This document shows, in pieces, positions 21,536 to 31,894 of a DNA stretch of 55,108 nucleotides. Origin of the DNA: Nautiliaceae bacterium (GTDB lineage: Bacteria > Campylobacterota > Campylobacteria > Campylobacterales > Nautiliaceae); contig JAMORJ010000128.1 of NCBI GenBank assembly GCA_027063595.1, positions 1 to 55,108 of the forward strand. The letters run 5' to 3'. How positions within the stretch are numbered: position 1 is the first letter of the stretch; each line of letters opens with the position of its first letter. Made by a program: the position numbers and the translations under genes. The notes beneath the pieces are model-generated. The model was not told the DNA's origin, did no database searches, and saw only the letters and a list, made by a program, of their open reading frames with translations.

Positions 21536-22082
21536 ATTTTCCTCCTATAATCCTTACTAACTCCTCAACGCAAAGTCCCATTGCCGTTGATTCATATCCT
21601 TTTACATCCTCAATATATTTTTTACAAAATCCCTCAACCATACAAGCCCCTGCTTTTCCCATCCACTCTTTGCTTTTTAAATATTCTTCCAAATCTTTTT
21701 TATCAAACTCCCTAAATTTATACACCGTCTCATCCACTCTACCAAAAACCATTCCTTCAAACCTAATCCACATTGAAGTAATTATTCTTATTTCCTTACC
21801 ACTTTGAGCCAAAAGCATCTTTTTTGCTTCCATTTCATTTTTTGCTTTCCTTAAAATCCTCTCTCCATCGCTAACTACAGTATCAGCCGCTACTACATCT
21901 TCATCTTTAAAACATCTAATACACTCTTTAAATTTACCATAACTCGCTTCAATTACAAATTTATAAGGATCTGTTGTTTTAATTTGATCTTCGTTAAAAT
22001 CACAACTTTTTTGAACAAAAGAAATTCCAGCCTTTCTTAACAGATTCGCTCTAGTAGAAGAAGAGCTACATAAAATTAACAT
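21522..22082 (-). CDS. maf: Maf family nucleotide pyrophosphatase
   Basis: LILCSSSSTR, AADTVV, GKAGACMVEG, AMGL. Confidence 0.93.
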   Translation of the reverse strand: MLILCSSSSTRANLLRKAGISFVQKSCDFNEDQIKTTDPYKFVIEASYGKFKECIRCFKDEDVVAADTVVSDGERILRKAKNEMEAKKMLLAQSGKEIRIITSMWIRFEGMVFGRVDETVYKFREFDKKDLEEYLKSKEWMGKAGACMVEGFCKKYIEDVKGYESTAMGLCVEELVRIIGGKYVHK

Positions 22083-23914
22083 TCCCATCCTTTAAATCTA
22101 TATTCAAAAACATTTTTACCATCTTCGTAATAAACATTATACTTAATATCATATTTTTGGCAAATCTCTTTTACAATATTAAGCCCTATTCCCAAACCTC
22201 TTTTATGAGAATGCTCTCTATAATTTCTCTCAAAAATACCCTTTGGATTTTTAATTCTCTCTCCAAAAGAAGCAAACTTCAAAATAATCTCATTATTATC
22301 TTTATCCAAACTTACATAAATTTCTTTTTTGGTAGAATATTTAATCGCATTGGAAATGTTGTTATCAACAATTCTCTCAAACTCTATTCTATTAATTTTA
22401 AAACATATATTATCTTTAATATCGCTAATTATAATCTTATTATTTGCTTTTGCAACCACATCAAAAAACTTGATTCTCTCTTTTAAAAATTTACTTAAAT
22501 TCAAAATTTCATTTGCCTCATATTTTACAATACCATTACCAGAAATATAAGACAAATCTTCATACGAATTAGTCAGCATCGCAACAGAAGCTTCAATTTC
22601 TTCTAAAATATCTTTTAACTCTTCGTCTTTTATTTTTTCCTTTACATAATCTATATTTAGCGTCATTACACTAAGAGGAGTTTTAATTTGATGAATGGTA
22701 TCTACAATAAACCGTCTATTCTCCATTAATAGCTTTTTATTTTTTTCAATTTCTTTATTTAAGGTTTTTCTAAATTCATTATAATATTTTTTCAACTCAT
22801 AAATCTCTTCAATAAAGGAATAAGTATTTTTAAGAGCCAAATTTTTTTTCATATGTAAAACGATATCGTTTAATTCTTTAGAAACTTTTAAAATTAAAAA
22901 CTTATATAAAATAAATAAAGCTAAAGTCAATATCAAAAATGTTATAAAAAACCTTCTTTTTAAAATTTCAAGATCTTTTTTTAACTTCGAAATATCAAAA
23001 TCGGTTTCAAGAATCAATTTATCGGTAGCATTATTAAAAACGCCTCTTATTATCGTTAATATTTTTAAATTATCCTTTTCAAATTTCACAATAGTATCTT
23101 TCGTAGAAAACATCTTTTCTATTAGAAAAGAAACATTATAAGTTTTATCAAGATTAATGTTAAATAATTTTTGAAGCAAACTATTAGAATTTTTAATAAT
23201 TTCCGACAAAGGAATTTTTTTATTGTTTCTATGCTCAAAATTAATTTTATAAACAAAATACTTCTCTACAAAATACACATTAATCGATTTAAGCTCAGGA
23301 ATCTCTTTTATAAATTCTTTTCTAATTTTATCTATCATCGAATAAATATCAACAACATATCCAAGCTCCAACAAAACCTTGCCATCAGGAGATTTTACCA
23401 AATAATATTTTTTTACATTCATTGAAGAATAATCAATATGAGGATAAGATATATCTATTTTCTTTTTCCCATTAAACACATCATCTAAAATCTTTTTATA
23501 AACTTTAAAAGCCCCTAGATCAAACCCTATATCCGGTTTATAACTTGAATCGATTACTTTATAATTCTTTCCAATTACATAAACTTCATAATATCCTAAT
23601 TCTTTATTATCTTTATTAAAAAGTTCGGCAATTTTCGTAGAATTAAAATCTCCTTTATTATATAAAAGCTTCAAAATTTCAGTCTTTTTTATACACTCTT
23701 CATTTGAAGATTTAAAAGAAAACTGAATTAAAGAAAGCATACTTTTTAATTTTTCTTTTATTTTAGAAGTAAAAAGAAGCTCTTTATTGACGAAATTTTG
23801 AATAACTATATTTCGCGAAAATTTATATTGATTGTATAAAGCAATAAAAGTAAAAAAAGAAATCAAAACAAAAACAAATAAAAAAAGCGTACCTAGCTTT
23901 ATTCTAAATTTCAA
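22076..23914 (-). CDS. two-component sensor histidine kinase with a large periplasmic domain
   Basis: Two TMs flanking about 290 aa, H-box DTIHQIKTPL, N-box DNNISNAIKYS, G2 GLGIGL. Confidence 0.93.
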   Translation of the reverse strand: MKFRIKLGTLFLFVFVLISFFTFIALYNQYKFSRNIVIQNFVNKELLFTSKIKEKLKSMLSLIQFSFKSSNEECIKKTEILKLLYNKGDFNSTKIAELFNKDNKELGYYEVYVIGKNYKVIDSSYKPDIGFDLGAFKVYKKILDDVFNGKKKIDISYPHIDYSSMNVKKYYLVKSPDGKVLLELGYVVDIYSMIDKIRKEFIKEIPELKSINVYFVEKYFVYKINFEHRNNKKIPLSEIIKNSNSLLQKLFNINLDKTYNVSFLIEKMFSTKDTIVKFEKDNLKILTIIRGVFNNATDKLILETDFDISKLKKDLEILKRRFFITFLILTLALFILYKFLILKVSKELNDIVLHMKKNLALKNTYSFIEEIYELKKYYNEFRKTLNKEIEKNKKLLMENRRFIVDTIHQIKTPLSVMTLNIDYVKEKIKDEELKDILEEIEASVAMLTNSYEDLSYISGNGIVKYEANEILNLSKFLKERIKFFDVVAKANNKIIISDIKDNICFKINRIEFERIVDNNISNAIKYSTKKEIYVSLDKDNNEIILKFASFGERIKNPKGIFERNYREHSHKRGLGIGLNIVKEICQKYDIKYNVYYEDGKNVFEYRFKGWEC

Positions 23915-24548
23915 ACCTATATCCTACTCCTACTACAGTTTTTATGTAATCTTTATCAAATTTTTTTCTAAGCTCATTTACAAGCTGCCTTACCGGAGGC
24001 TCCTTACCTTTAAAATCATTACCCCAAACATAAGAAATAATCTTTTCAGTATTTACCGTTAAATTTGGACTTCTTAATAATAAAGACAATAATTTTTTCT
24101 CTTTTTTTCTTAAATAAATTGGCTCTTTGTTTTTAAATAAATCTCCTGTGGTAAAAACAAATTCGTAATCATCAAACTTAATTCTTTCCATTTTTTCAAG
24201 AAGATGCTTTATTCTAACCTCAAGCTCAGTCGAATGAAAAGGTTTTTTAATATAATCATCACATCCATACTCATATGCTTTTATAAAGTTATACTCTTCA
24301 ACCGAAGCCGTTATCATAATAATAAATCCAGAATTTTTAACTTCTCTAATAAATTTCACAAGTTCTAACCCATTAACTCCCGGAATATTAATATCAATTA
24401 AATAAATATCATAGTCTCTTTTTTTTATTTTCTCTATAGCTTCATTGCCATTTTCCACCAAGTCCACTAAAAAATTTTTACTCTCCAAAATCCTCTTTAC
24501 TATTTTGGCAAGTTGTAAATCATCTTCCACTAACAATACGCTATACAT
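23904..24548 (-). CDS. OmpR-family response regulator
   Basis: LLVEDD, DINIPGVNG, DDYIKKPF, winged-helix end IKTVVGVGY. Confidence 0.95.
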   Translation of the reverse strand: MYSVLLVEDDLQLAKIVKRILESKNFLVDLVENGNEAIEKIKKRDYDIYLIDINIPGVNGLELVKFIREVKNSGFIIMITASVEEYNFIKAYEYGCDDYIKKPFHSTELEVRIKHLLEKMERIKFDDYEFVFTTGDLFKNKEPIYLRKKEKKLLSLLLRSPNLTVNTEKIISYVWGNDFKGKEPPVRQLVNELRKKFDKDYIKTVVGVGYRFEI

Positions 24549-24560
24549 TTTACCCCTTTT

Positions 24561-27095
24561 TCATCCCAAAAGTTTTTCCTTTACTTTTTGTAGCATTTCA
24601 TCGATTTTATCAGCTTCCTTTCCACCGCCTTGCGCAAAATCAGCTTTTCCTCCTCCCTTTCCTCCAACCATTGGAGCAAATTCTTTTATTAAATCTCCTG
24701 CTTTAATTTCTGGCACTTTACTTACTGCTACAAGAGTAACCTTACCTTTATTTTCACCAGCTAAAAACGCAATTAAATTATCAAATCTTCCTTTAAGAGA
24801 AGTTGCAATTTCTCTTAAATTAGCATTATCTATTCTTTCAATTACGACATTTTTTCCATCTTTTTCAATAGGCTTAATTTCTTTAACGGCAGCCTGTTTT
24901 AGAGCTTTAATCTCTTCTTTTAATTTTTTAATTTCCTCTTTTTGCTTTTCAATAAATGTTTTCAAATCCTTTGCTTTATATTCTTCTTTTAAAGTTTTTA
25001 TTTCGTCTATATGCTTTTTAGCATATTCAACAGCCGCTTTTCCAGCAACGGCCTCAATTCTTCTAACTCCAGCACTAACCCCGCTTTCTTTTACTATATA
25101 AAAACTCCCTATTTCCGAGGTATTTTTTACATGCGTTCCCCCACAAAGCTCTATACTAAAATCTCCAAATTTCACAACTCTTACTTTATTAGAATATTTT
25201 TCTCCAAAAAGAGCCATAGCTCCCATTTTTTTTGCTTCTTCAAGAGGCATTTCCTTAACTTCTCCCTCAATTCCTCTTGCTATTACTTCATTTACAATTT
25301 TTTCAATTTTTTCCAAATCTTCTTTGCTTACCGCTTTTGGATAAGTAAAATCAAATCTAAGCCTATTATCTTCTACCAAACTTCCAGCTTGAACCACATT
25401 CTCACCCAAAATTTTTCTAAGAGCAGAATGAAGTAAATGAGTAGCGGAGTGATGCTTAGCAATTTCTCTTCTACTCTCATCAACTATTGCCTCAACCGCT
25501 TCTCCTTTTTTAAGCTTAGCATCAACTACCTTACTTAAATTTTTATCATCAAACTTTTGAGTATCTACTACCCTTACTTCTTTATCTAAACTCTTAATTA
25601 CCCCTCTATCTCCAATTTGCCCTCCGCTTTCCGGATAAAAAGGCGTCTCTTCAAGCATTACCCAACCATTTCCATTTAGTTCCTCTACTTCATTTAACTC
25701 CTCATCAAAAAGAGCTACTATTTTCGTTTTATGTTTTGTTTTTTCATATCCTACGAATTTGTTTTCAGGATGCTTTTCTATATCTTTAAGATTTACTTTC
25801 TTATCCCCGCTTCCTTTCCAATTTGCTCTAGCTCTTTCTTTTTGTTCTTTCATTAATTTCTCAAAAGTAGCTATATCTACTTTTTTACCAACTTCTCTTA
25901 ACATATCTTGAGTCAAATCAAGAGGAAAACCATACGTATCATAAAGTTTAAAAGCAACTTCTCCGCTAAACGTATCTCCAATAGTTTTTTCAAGTTCTTC
26001 TTTAAATAAATTCATTCCTTTTTCGATAGTTTCAAAAAATCTCTCTTCCTCAAGCTTAATGGCTTCTTTTACAACTTCTTTTTTTTCAAACAAATAAGAA
26101 TAAGGATCTTTCATTTGTTCAGCCAAAGTATCCACGATTTTATACATAAAAGGTTCTTTCATCCCAAGAAGATATCCATGTCTTACTCCTCTTCTTAGAA
26201 TCCTTCTAAGAACATATCCCCTTCCTTCTCTATCAAATCTAACGCCTTGTGCCACGAGAAAACTTACAGCTCTTATGTGATCTGCTATTACTCTATGAGA
26301 AGCTCCTCTTTTGTCTTTAAAATATTTTTTTCCAGTAATTTCTTCAACTTTTTTAATTAAAGGTTTAAAAATGGAAGTTTCATAATTACTCTCAACTCCC
26401 TCAACTACTGCAGTAATTCTCTCAAGCCCCATACCGGTATCGATACTTGGTTTTGGAAGAGGAGTTAAATTACCTTTTTCGTCTCTATTATATTGCATAA
26501 AAACTAAATTCCAAATTTCAAGAAATCTATCTCCATCCCCTCCTAAATAATCTTCAGGTCCATTAAACTTTTCACCCTGATCATAATGAATTTCACTACA
26601 AGGCCCACATGGTCCGGTATCTCCCATTTGCCAAAAATTATCTTTATCTCCCATTTTTACAATTCTACTTTTATCTACATACTTTTCCCAAATTTTACCA
26701 GCCTCATCGTCACTCTCATGAATAGTAATCCAAAGTCTATCCTTATCCAATTTTAAAACTTCAGTTACAAATTCCCAAGCATAAGCAATCGCTTCTTCTT
26801 TAAAATAATCTCCAAAAGAAAAGTTACCAAGCATTTCAAAAAGAGTATGATGACGATTCGTATACCCAACATTTTCAAGATCGTTATGTTTCCCTCCAGC
26901 TCTCATACAAAGCTGTGCACTACACGCTCTTGGAGGATTTGGAGCAGGTTTTTCTCCAGTAAATATAGGCTTAAAAGGCACCATTCCGGCATTTGTAAAA
27001 AGAAGTGTGGGATCGTCTGGCACAAGAGGAGCGGATGGATATACCTTATGTCCTTTTTTTTCGAAAAAATTTAAAAATTCTTTTCTAATATCCAT
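24561..27095 (-). CDS. alaS: alanine--tRNA ligase
   Basis: [17 protein letters not shown], editing HSATH...ELCGGTH, C-terminal GGKGGG. Confidence 0.99.
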   Translation of the reverse strand: MDIRKEFLNFFEKKGHKVYPSAPLVPDDPTLLFTNAGMVPFKPIFTGEKPAPNPPRACSAQLCMRAGGKHNDLENVGYTNRHHTLFEMLGNFSFGDYFKEEAIAYAWEFVTEVLKLDKDRLWITIHESDDEAGKIWEKYVDKSRIVKMGDKDNFWQMGDTGPCGPCSEIHYDQGEKFNGPEDYLGGDGDRFLEIWNLVFMQYNRDEKGNLTPLPKPSIDTGMGLERITAVVEGVESNYETSIFKPLIKKVEEITGKKYFKDKRGASHRVIADHIRAVSFLVAQGVRFDREGRGYVLRRILRRGVRHGYLLGMKEPFMYKIVDTLAEQMKDPYSYLFEKKEVVKEAIKLEEERFFETIEKGMNLFKEELEKTIGDTFSGEVAFKLYDTYGFPLDLTQDMLREVGKKVDIATFEKLMKEQKERARANWKGSGDKKVNLKDIEKHPENKFVGYEKTKHKTKIVALFDEELNEVEELNGNGWVMLEETPFYPESGGQIGDRGVIKSLDKEVRVVDTQKFDDKNLSKVVDAKLKKGEAVEAIVDESRREIAKHHSATHLLHSALRKILGENVVQAGSLVEDNRLRFDFTYPKAVSKEDLEKIEKIVNEVIARGIEGEVKEMPLEEAKKMGAMALFGEKYSNKVRVVKFGDFSIELCGGTHVKNTSEIGSFYIVKESGVSAGVRRIEAVAGKAAVEYAKKHIDEIKTLKEEYKAKDLKTFIEKQKEEIKKLKEEIKALKQAAVKEIKPIEKDGKNVVIERIDNANLREIATSLKGRFDNLIAFLAGENKGKVTLVAVSKVPEIKAGDLIKEFAPMVGGKGGGKADFAQGGGKEADKIDEMLQKVKEKLLG

Positions 27096-27108
27096 AATTT
27101 GCCTTTTT

Positions 27109-27124
27109 TGTTAAAATTTTATCA
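27109..27124. promoter_or_regulatory. overlapping divergent extended -10 boxes for bioF (+) and alaS (-)
   Basis: TGTTAAAAT on plus (27109-27117) and TGATAAAAT on minus (27124-27116), sharing the palindrome TAAAATTTTA. Confidence 0.6.
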
Positions 27125-27144
27125 AAAAAGGTAAGAAATAATAA

Positions 27145-28206
27145 ATGTATGAAAAAGAGTTATCGATTTTAAGAAAAAAAAATCGTTTTAGAAAACGAAA
27201 TCTTTACCAAAATGTAATAGACCTTGCAAGCAACGATTATCTTGGACTTGCAGAAAACAATGAAATTTTTGAAAAAGCATACTTAAAAACCAAACATCTT
27301 GGCATACACTCTTCAAAAGCCTCATTACTCGTAAATGGCTATACAAAAGCTCACAAAGATTTAGAAGATAAATTAAAAAAATTAAACAAATTCGAAGATG
27401 CTATAATTCTTGGAAGTGGTTTTTTAGCAAATCTTGCTCTTTTTGAACTTGGAAGAAACAAAGATTTATTCTTAGTAGATGAAGAATACCACGCAAGCGG
27501 AATAGTAGGAGCTAGCTTAACAAAAGCCAAAGTTAGATTTTTTAAACACAACGATATTAGGGATTTAAAAGAAAAAAGCAAAGATTTTAAAAAATTTAAA
27601 AGAGTTTTTATCGTAGTAGAAGGAATTTATTCCATGATGGGCGATGAAGTAAAACCAGACATATTAGAATATGCAAACGACATAGGATATTTAATAATAG
27701 ATGAAGCTCATAGCGTCGGAGTTGTTGGAGAAAATTTAATGGGAATTACCGACAAATATAACCTAAACCCAAATAAAACCATAAAAATGGGAACTCTTGG
27801 AAAAGCCCTTGGAAGTTATGGGGCTTATATTTTAGCAAAAAAAGAAATTATCGATTTTTTAGTTAACAAAGCAAAAAGTATAATTTATACCACAGCGCTA
27901 AGTCCTATTGATTGTTATAATGCTTACTTTGCGCTTGAATACATACAAGAAAATTTAAATTTATTAAAAAATTTTATCAACAGCAAAAAATTAAGATTTA
28001 ATTCACAATCACTTATTAAAATAATTCCTGAAAAATCCAATAAAATCCTCCTTCAAAAACAAAAAGATTTATTAAACAATCACAATATTTTGGTTGGAGC
28101 TATTCGTCCTCCAACCGTTAAAATCCCAATTTTTAGAGTAATTTTAAGAATCAACGTAAAAGACGATATAATTGAAAAAACCTTAAGCTTTTTGGAAGAG
28201 AAATGA
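27145..28206 (+). CDS. bioF: 8-amino-7-oxononanoate synthase
   Basis: ASNDYLGL, SGFLAN, HASG, EGIYSMMGD, DEAHS, TLGKALG, AIRPPTV. Confidence 0.9.
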   Translation: MYEKELSILRKKNRFRKRNLYQNVIDLASNDYLGLAENNEIFEKAYLKTKHLGIHSSKASLLVNGYTKAHKDLEDKLKKLNKFEDAIILGSGFLANLALFELGRNKDLFLVDEEYHASGIVGASLTKAKVRFFKHNDIRDLKEKSKDFKKFKRVFIVVEGIYSMMGDEVKPDILEYANDIGYLIIDEAHSVGVVGENLMGITDKYNLNPNKTIKMGTLGKALGSYGAYILAKKEIIDFLVNKAKSIIYTTALSPIDCYNAYFALEYIQENLNLLKNFINSKKLRFNSQSLIKIIPEKSNKILLQKQKDLLNNHNILVGAIRPPTVKIPIFRVILRINVKDDIIEKTLSFLEEK

Positions 28207-30131
28207 AAAAAATATTTACCCTCTTTTTAACGCTACTTTTTATAATATTCTTAGCTACAACAATATACATTTTATATCTTTACCATTCAATAAGATTTAC
28301 CGCCGAAAAAATAATTTATTACAATCCTCCTCAAAGCGCTTTATTTTATGATAGAAACAATAATCTTCTTGATATTAGATACGCAAAAGAAAATAGAATT
28401 TACGTAAAATACAAAGACATCCCAGGAAGAATTATCGAAACCTTAATAGCTACAGAAGATACTTCTTTTTTTGAACATTCTGGAATTAATATAAACGCAA
28501 TTTTAAGAGCTTTAATAAAAGATATAAAAGCTGGCAAAAAAGTAGAAGGAGCTTCTACAATTACCCAACAACTTGTTAGAAACATATACCTAAACAGGAA
28601 AAAAACGATTCAAAGAAAATTAAAAGAAATTATAATAGCGCTTAAAGTAGAACATTTCTTAAACAAAGAAGAAATTCTTGAGAGATATTTAAATCAAATT
28701 TATTTAGGGCATGGATATTACGGTATAAAAACAGCAGCCCTTGGATATTTCCATAAAAATCTAAATGAACTTAGTCTAAAAGAAATAGCAATGCTAATAG
28801 CCTTGCCAAAAGGACCAAGCCTATACGATCCGACAAAACACTACGAATTAAACTTAAAAAGAGCAAATTCTATTATTAAAAGGTTATATTCCCTTGGATG
28901 GATAACCAAAGAAGAATATACAAACGCTCTTTTTGAAAGACCAAAAGTTTACAAACGAATCGTAAACTCCCAAGCTCCTTATGCAATAGACACTGCCATT
29001 AAAAAATTAAAAAAACAATATCCAGATCTTTTAACAAGAGGCTATAGCATATATTTAAGCATTGACTTGCCTTTACAAAAAATTGCCGAAGAGTCTATAA
29101 AATGGAATTACAATAGATTACTTAAACTTAATAAAAAATTAAATCCAAACAAGCTAAATGGAGCTTTGATATCCATAAATCAACAAACTGGAGATGTTTT
29201 AGCTCTTGTGGGAGGAGTTGATTATAAAAAATCTAAATTCAATAGAGTAACTCAATCGCTAAGAAGCATAGGAAGCGCCATTAAACCTTTCGTTTATCAA
29301 ATAGCATTAAATCTTGGTTACAATCCAGCTACTAAAATTCCAGATATTAGCAGAACTTTTAAAGTTTCAGGCAATACCCAAGAAGAAGACGAATATTGGA
29401 AACCAAAAAATTACGAAAAAAACACCTTAGGTCTTATTACTTTAAGGGAGGCTCTTGTTCATTCAAGAAATTTAGCTACCATTAATCTTGCCATACAAAT
29501 AGGACTTAGAAAAATAATAGAAGGTCTTCAAAGTTTTGGATTCGAAAAAGTTCCTAAAAACTTATCGATAGTTTTAGGAAGTATAGGAGAATCGCCTTGG
29601 AATTTAGCGGAAAAATACACTATATTTAGTAACTACGGAGTAAAAACAAAATTAAGGCTTGTAAAAAAAATTGTTATTCCAAAAGAAAATATAATAATAA
29701 ATTTTGAAGAAAAACACGATGAAATTGAGCCAGATTATCAAGCTTATTTAATTACAAACATCTTAGAAGAAGTAGTAAAAAAAGGAACCGGAAGAAACGC
29801 TAAAGTCAAAGGCATAGAAATAGCCGGAAAAACAGGAACAACTAATAATTTCTTAGACGCTTGGTTTTGCGGTTATACTCCAAATACCGAAACTATCATT
29901 TGGTTTGGAAACGACGATTCGAGTTCTCTTGGAAAAGGAATGAGTGGAGGTAGAGTGTCAGCTCCGGTATTTAAATATTTTTATACAAAATATTTAAAAA
30001 TTTATCCAGAGCTTTTAAGAAAATTTTATATTCCAAAAGAAGTTAAAACGTTTGAGATAAACGGAAAAAAAGAATTATTTACTCCCCTCTCTCCTCCTCC
30101 AAATTCCAATACTTTCGTTCCAGTATTTTAA
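28203..30131 (+). CDS. class A penicillin-binding protein 1A
   Basis: GT motifs EDTSFFEHSG and GASTITQQL; TP motifs SAIK, SRN, KTGT. Confidence 0.95.
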   Translation: MKKIFTLFLTLLFIIFLATTIYILYLYHSIRFTAEKIIYYNPPQSALFYDRNNNLLDIRYAKENRIYVKYKDIPGRIIETLIATEDTSFFEHSGININAILRALIKDIKAGKKVEGASTITQQLVRNIYLNRKKTIQRKLKEIIIALKVEHFLNKEEILERYLNQIYLGHGYYGIKTAALGYFHKNLNELSLKEIAMLIALPKGPSLYDPTKHYELNLKRANSIIKRLYSLGWITKEEYTNALFERPKVYKRIVNSQAPYAIDTAIKKLKKQYPDLLTRGYSIYLSIDLPLQKIAEESIKWNYNRLLKLNKKLNPNKLNGALISINQQTGDVLALVGGVDYKKSKFNRVTQSLRSIGSAIKPFVYQIALNLGYNPATKIPDISRTFKVSGNTQEEDEYWKPKNYEKNTLGLITLREALVHSRNLATINLAIQIGLRKIIEGLQSFGFEKVPKNLSIVLGSIGESPWNLAEKYTIFSNYGVKTKLRLVKKIVIPKENIIINFEEKHDEIEPDYQAYLITNILEEVVKKGTGRNAKVKGIEIAGKTGTTNNFLDAWFCGYTPNTETIIWFGNDDSSSLGKGMSGGRVSAPVFKYFYTKYLKIYPELLRKFYIPKEVKTFEINGKKELFTPLSPPPNSNTFVPVF

Positions 30132-30956
30132 TTCCTTAAAAGTTATTAACACTCCAGAAATTATAATTAAAATAGCTCCAATTAATTGATAAGTTTTTGG
30201 AATTTGACCTAAAAAAATCCAAGCCAAAATTATAGCAAATACGATATCAAGATATTGAAGAACCGAAGAAAGAGACACTTTTATATAATTAAGAGCATCA
30301 TACCATAAAAGAAGAGCAAGAAAAGTATGAATAATTCCCGCTATTAAAGATACAAAAATCGCTTGAGAAGAAAATTGCCAATTAGCAAACCATAAAAAAG
30401 GAGCCGTTAGAAACATAGATATCAATATTTGCCAAAAAGTAACTATAATAGCTCTATGATAAAAAGTCGCTATTTTTGAAAAAAAACCAAGCAATCCATA
30501 ACTAACAGCAGCTAAAAAGGCAATTACTATTTCTTTACTAAATTTCACTCCCCCAGCGGCTAAAAAAGCACCAATCAAAGCTAACACCAAAGAAAAATAA
30601 ACATAAACATTTCCATCTTCTTTTAAAAACCAAATGGCAAGAAGTGTAGAAAAAATAGGTCCTAAATAATAAATACTAACGGCACTTGCCACATCAACAA
30701 CATTTACAGCCCAAAAGAAAAATATCCAATTAACTCCAAGCGCAATTCCGCTTAAAAACAAAGGCAAAAAAGGTTTTTTCAAAAGTTCTTTAAATTGCAC
30801 TCTTTTTATTACAAAATAAAAAACAAAAGGAAAAGCAAAAAATACCCTAAAAAACACGAAAACTCCACTTGGAAGATTCGAAAAAACAGACATTAAGGGA
30901 GTGCTACCCCAAATAAAAGTAGCCATAAGCATTTCAATTAAACCTCTTTTTTTCAT
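30075..30956 (-). CDS. EamA/DMT family transporter
   Basis: About 10 TMs in two EamA repeats (IWGST, YLGPIF, YQLIGAILII). Confidence 0.92.
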   Translation of the reverse strand: MKKRGLIEMLMATFIWGSTPLMSVFSNLPSGVFVFFRVFFAFPFVFYFVIKRVQFKELLKKPFLPLFLSGIALGVNWIFFFWAVNVVDVASAVSIYYLGPIFSTLLAIWFLKEDGNVYVYFSLVLALIGAFLAAGGVKFSKEIVIAFLAAVSYGLLGFFSKIATFYHRAIIVTFWQILISMFLTAPFLWFANWQFSSQAIFVSLIAGIIHTFLALLLWYDALNYIKVSLSSVLQYLDIVFAIILAWIFLGQIPKTYQLIGAILIIISGVLITFKELKYWNESIGIWRRREGSK

Positions 30957-31750
30957 CTATTCATCATCTCTTTTGCCATTTCAACTTCTCCTATAAGAGC
31001 AAGATAACAAGCATACACGTTTTTTTCGCTAAAATCTTTTAAAATTTTTCTTCTCTCAAATTCCCTTATACTCAAACTTTCATCAAACTTAACTTTTATA
31101 TCACCAAATATAAAAATTCCATATTCGTTTTTTACTATATTAATGGCATCAAATTTATCTTGCTTTGCTATCACTCTTATAATTCCTACTCCTTGTTTAA
31201 TTAATTCATTAAGCTTTTTATAAACTTTTTCGTCAAAAACATCTACAAAAACATCTTCCTTAAAATATCTTTTTTTTGGATAAAAAATCGTTACTATCAA
31301 AGTAGAAAAAACATCCGAAGCATATAAATGAGCAACATCCGCTCTAAATTCAGTTACTTCTCCGCAACTAAGCTTTTTTATATTATCTACATTCCCAACC
31401 CTTACGCTTCCATTTAACACATAAACCCTCTCAATAGCACCAGCAAAATGAGGTTTTGCTATATATTCAACCCCTTCTTTTAAACTCATTTTATAACTTT
31501 CATACTCTTTATTTTTTTCAATTAAAACTACACTAACACCATCTCCCTTAACTTCCATATCTCCTACAAGCTCTCCAAAAGGAACGCCTAAAACCTCAGC
31601 TATCGCCCAAATGGTATTAATCGTAGGATTAGTTTTATTTTCTTCTATTTTAAAAAGAGTAGATTTTGAAATTCCAGCCCTTTTAGCAAGTTCACTTAAA
31701 TTAAGTTTCTTGTTTTCCCTAAAAAACTTAATTTTTTCTCCAAGTGTCAT
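30953..31750 (-). CDS. XRE-family HTH plus cupin transcriptional regulator with an extra C-terminal domain
   Basis: LSELAKRAGISKSTLFKIE...NPT, cupin PH...E.VYVLNG...FRADVAHLY; ATG at 31750 after AAGGG. Confidence 0.88.
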   Translation of the reverse strand: MTLGEKIKFFRENKKLNLSELAKRAGISKSTLFKIEENKTNPTINTIWAIAEVLGVPFGELVGDMEVKGDGVSVVLIEKNKEYESYKMSLKEGVEYIAKPHFAGAIERVYVLNGSVRVGNVDNIKKLSCGEVTEFRADVAHLYASDVFSTLIVTIFYPKKRYFKEDVFVDVFDEKVYKKLNELIKQGVGIIRVIAKQDKFDAINIVKNEYGIFIFGDIKVKFDESLSIREFERRKILKDFSEKNVYACYLALIGEVEMAKEMMNR

Positions 31751-31894
31751 TATTACCCTTTTTGTTTCTTTTAAGAAATTATACATAAATTTCTGTTCTC
31801 TATACTAAATTAACAAAAACAGCCTTAGATTCTTTTAAAAACAAGAAAGCATTAAGAGCAGAAAGATTAGAAAAGATTTAAGATTTTAAAGAGG

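Noticed and set aside
22076-22400. Kinase G1 box lacks the DxG Asp (FASFGERI), suggesting a pseudokinase
   Set aside because: Degenerate G1 boxes are common in Campylobacterota kinases from memory; the H, N and G2 boxes are intact
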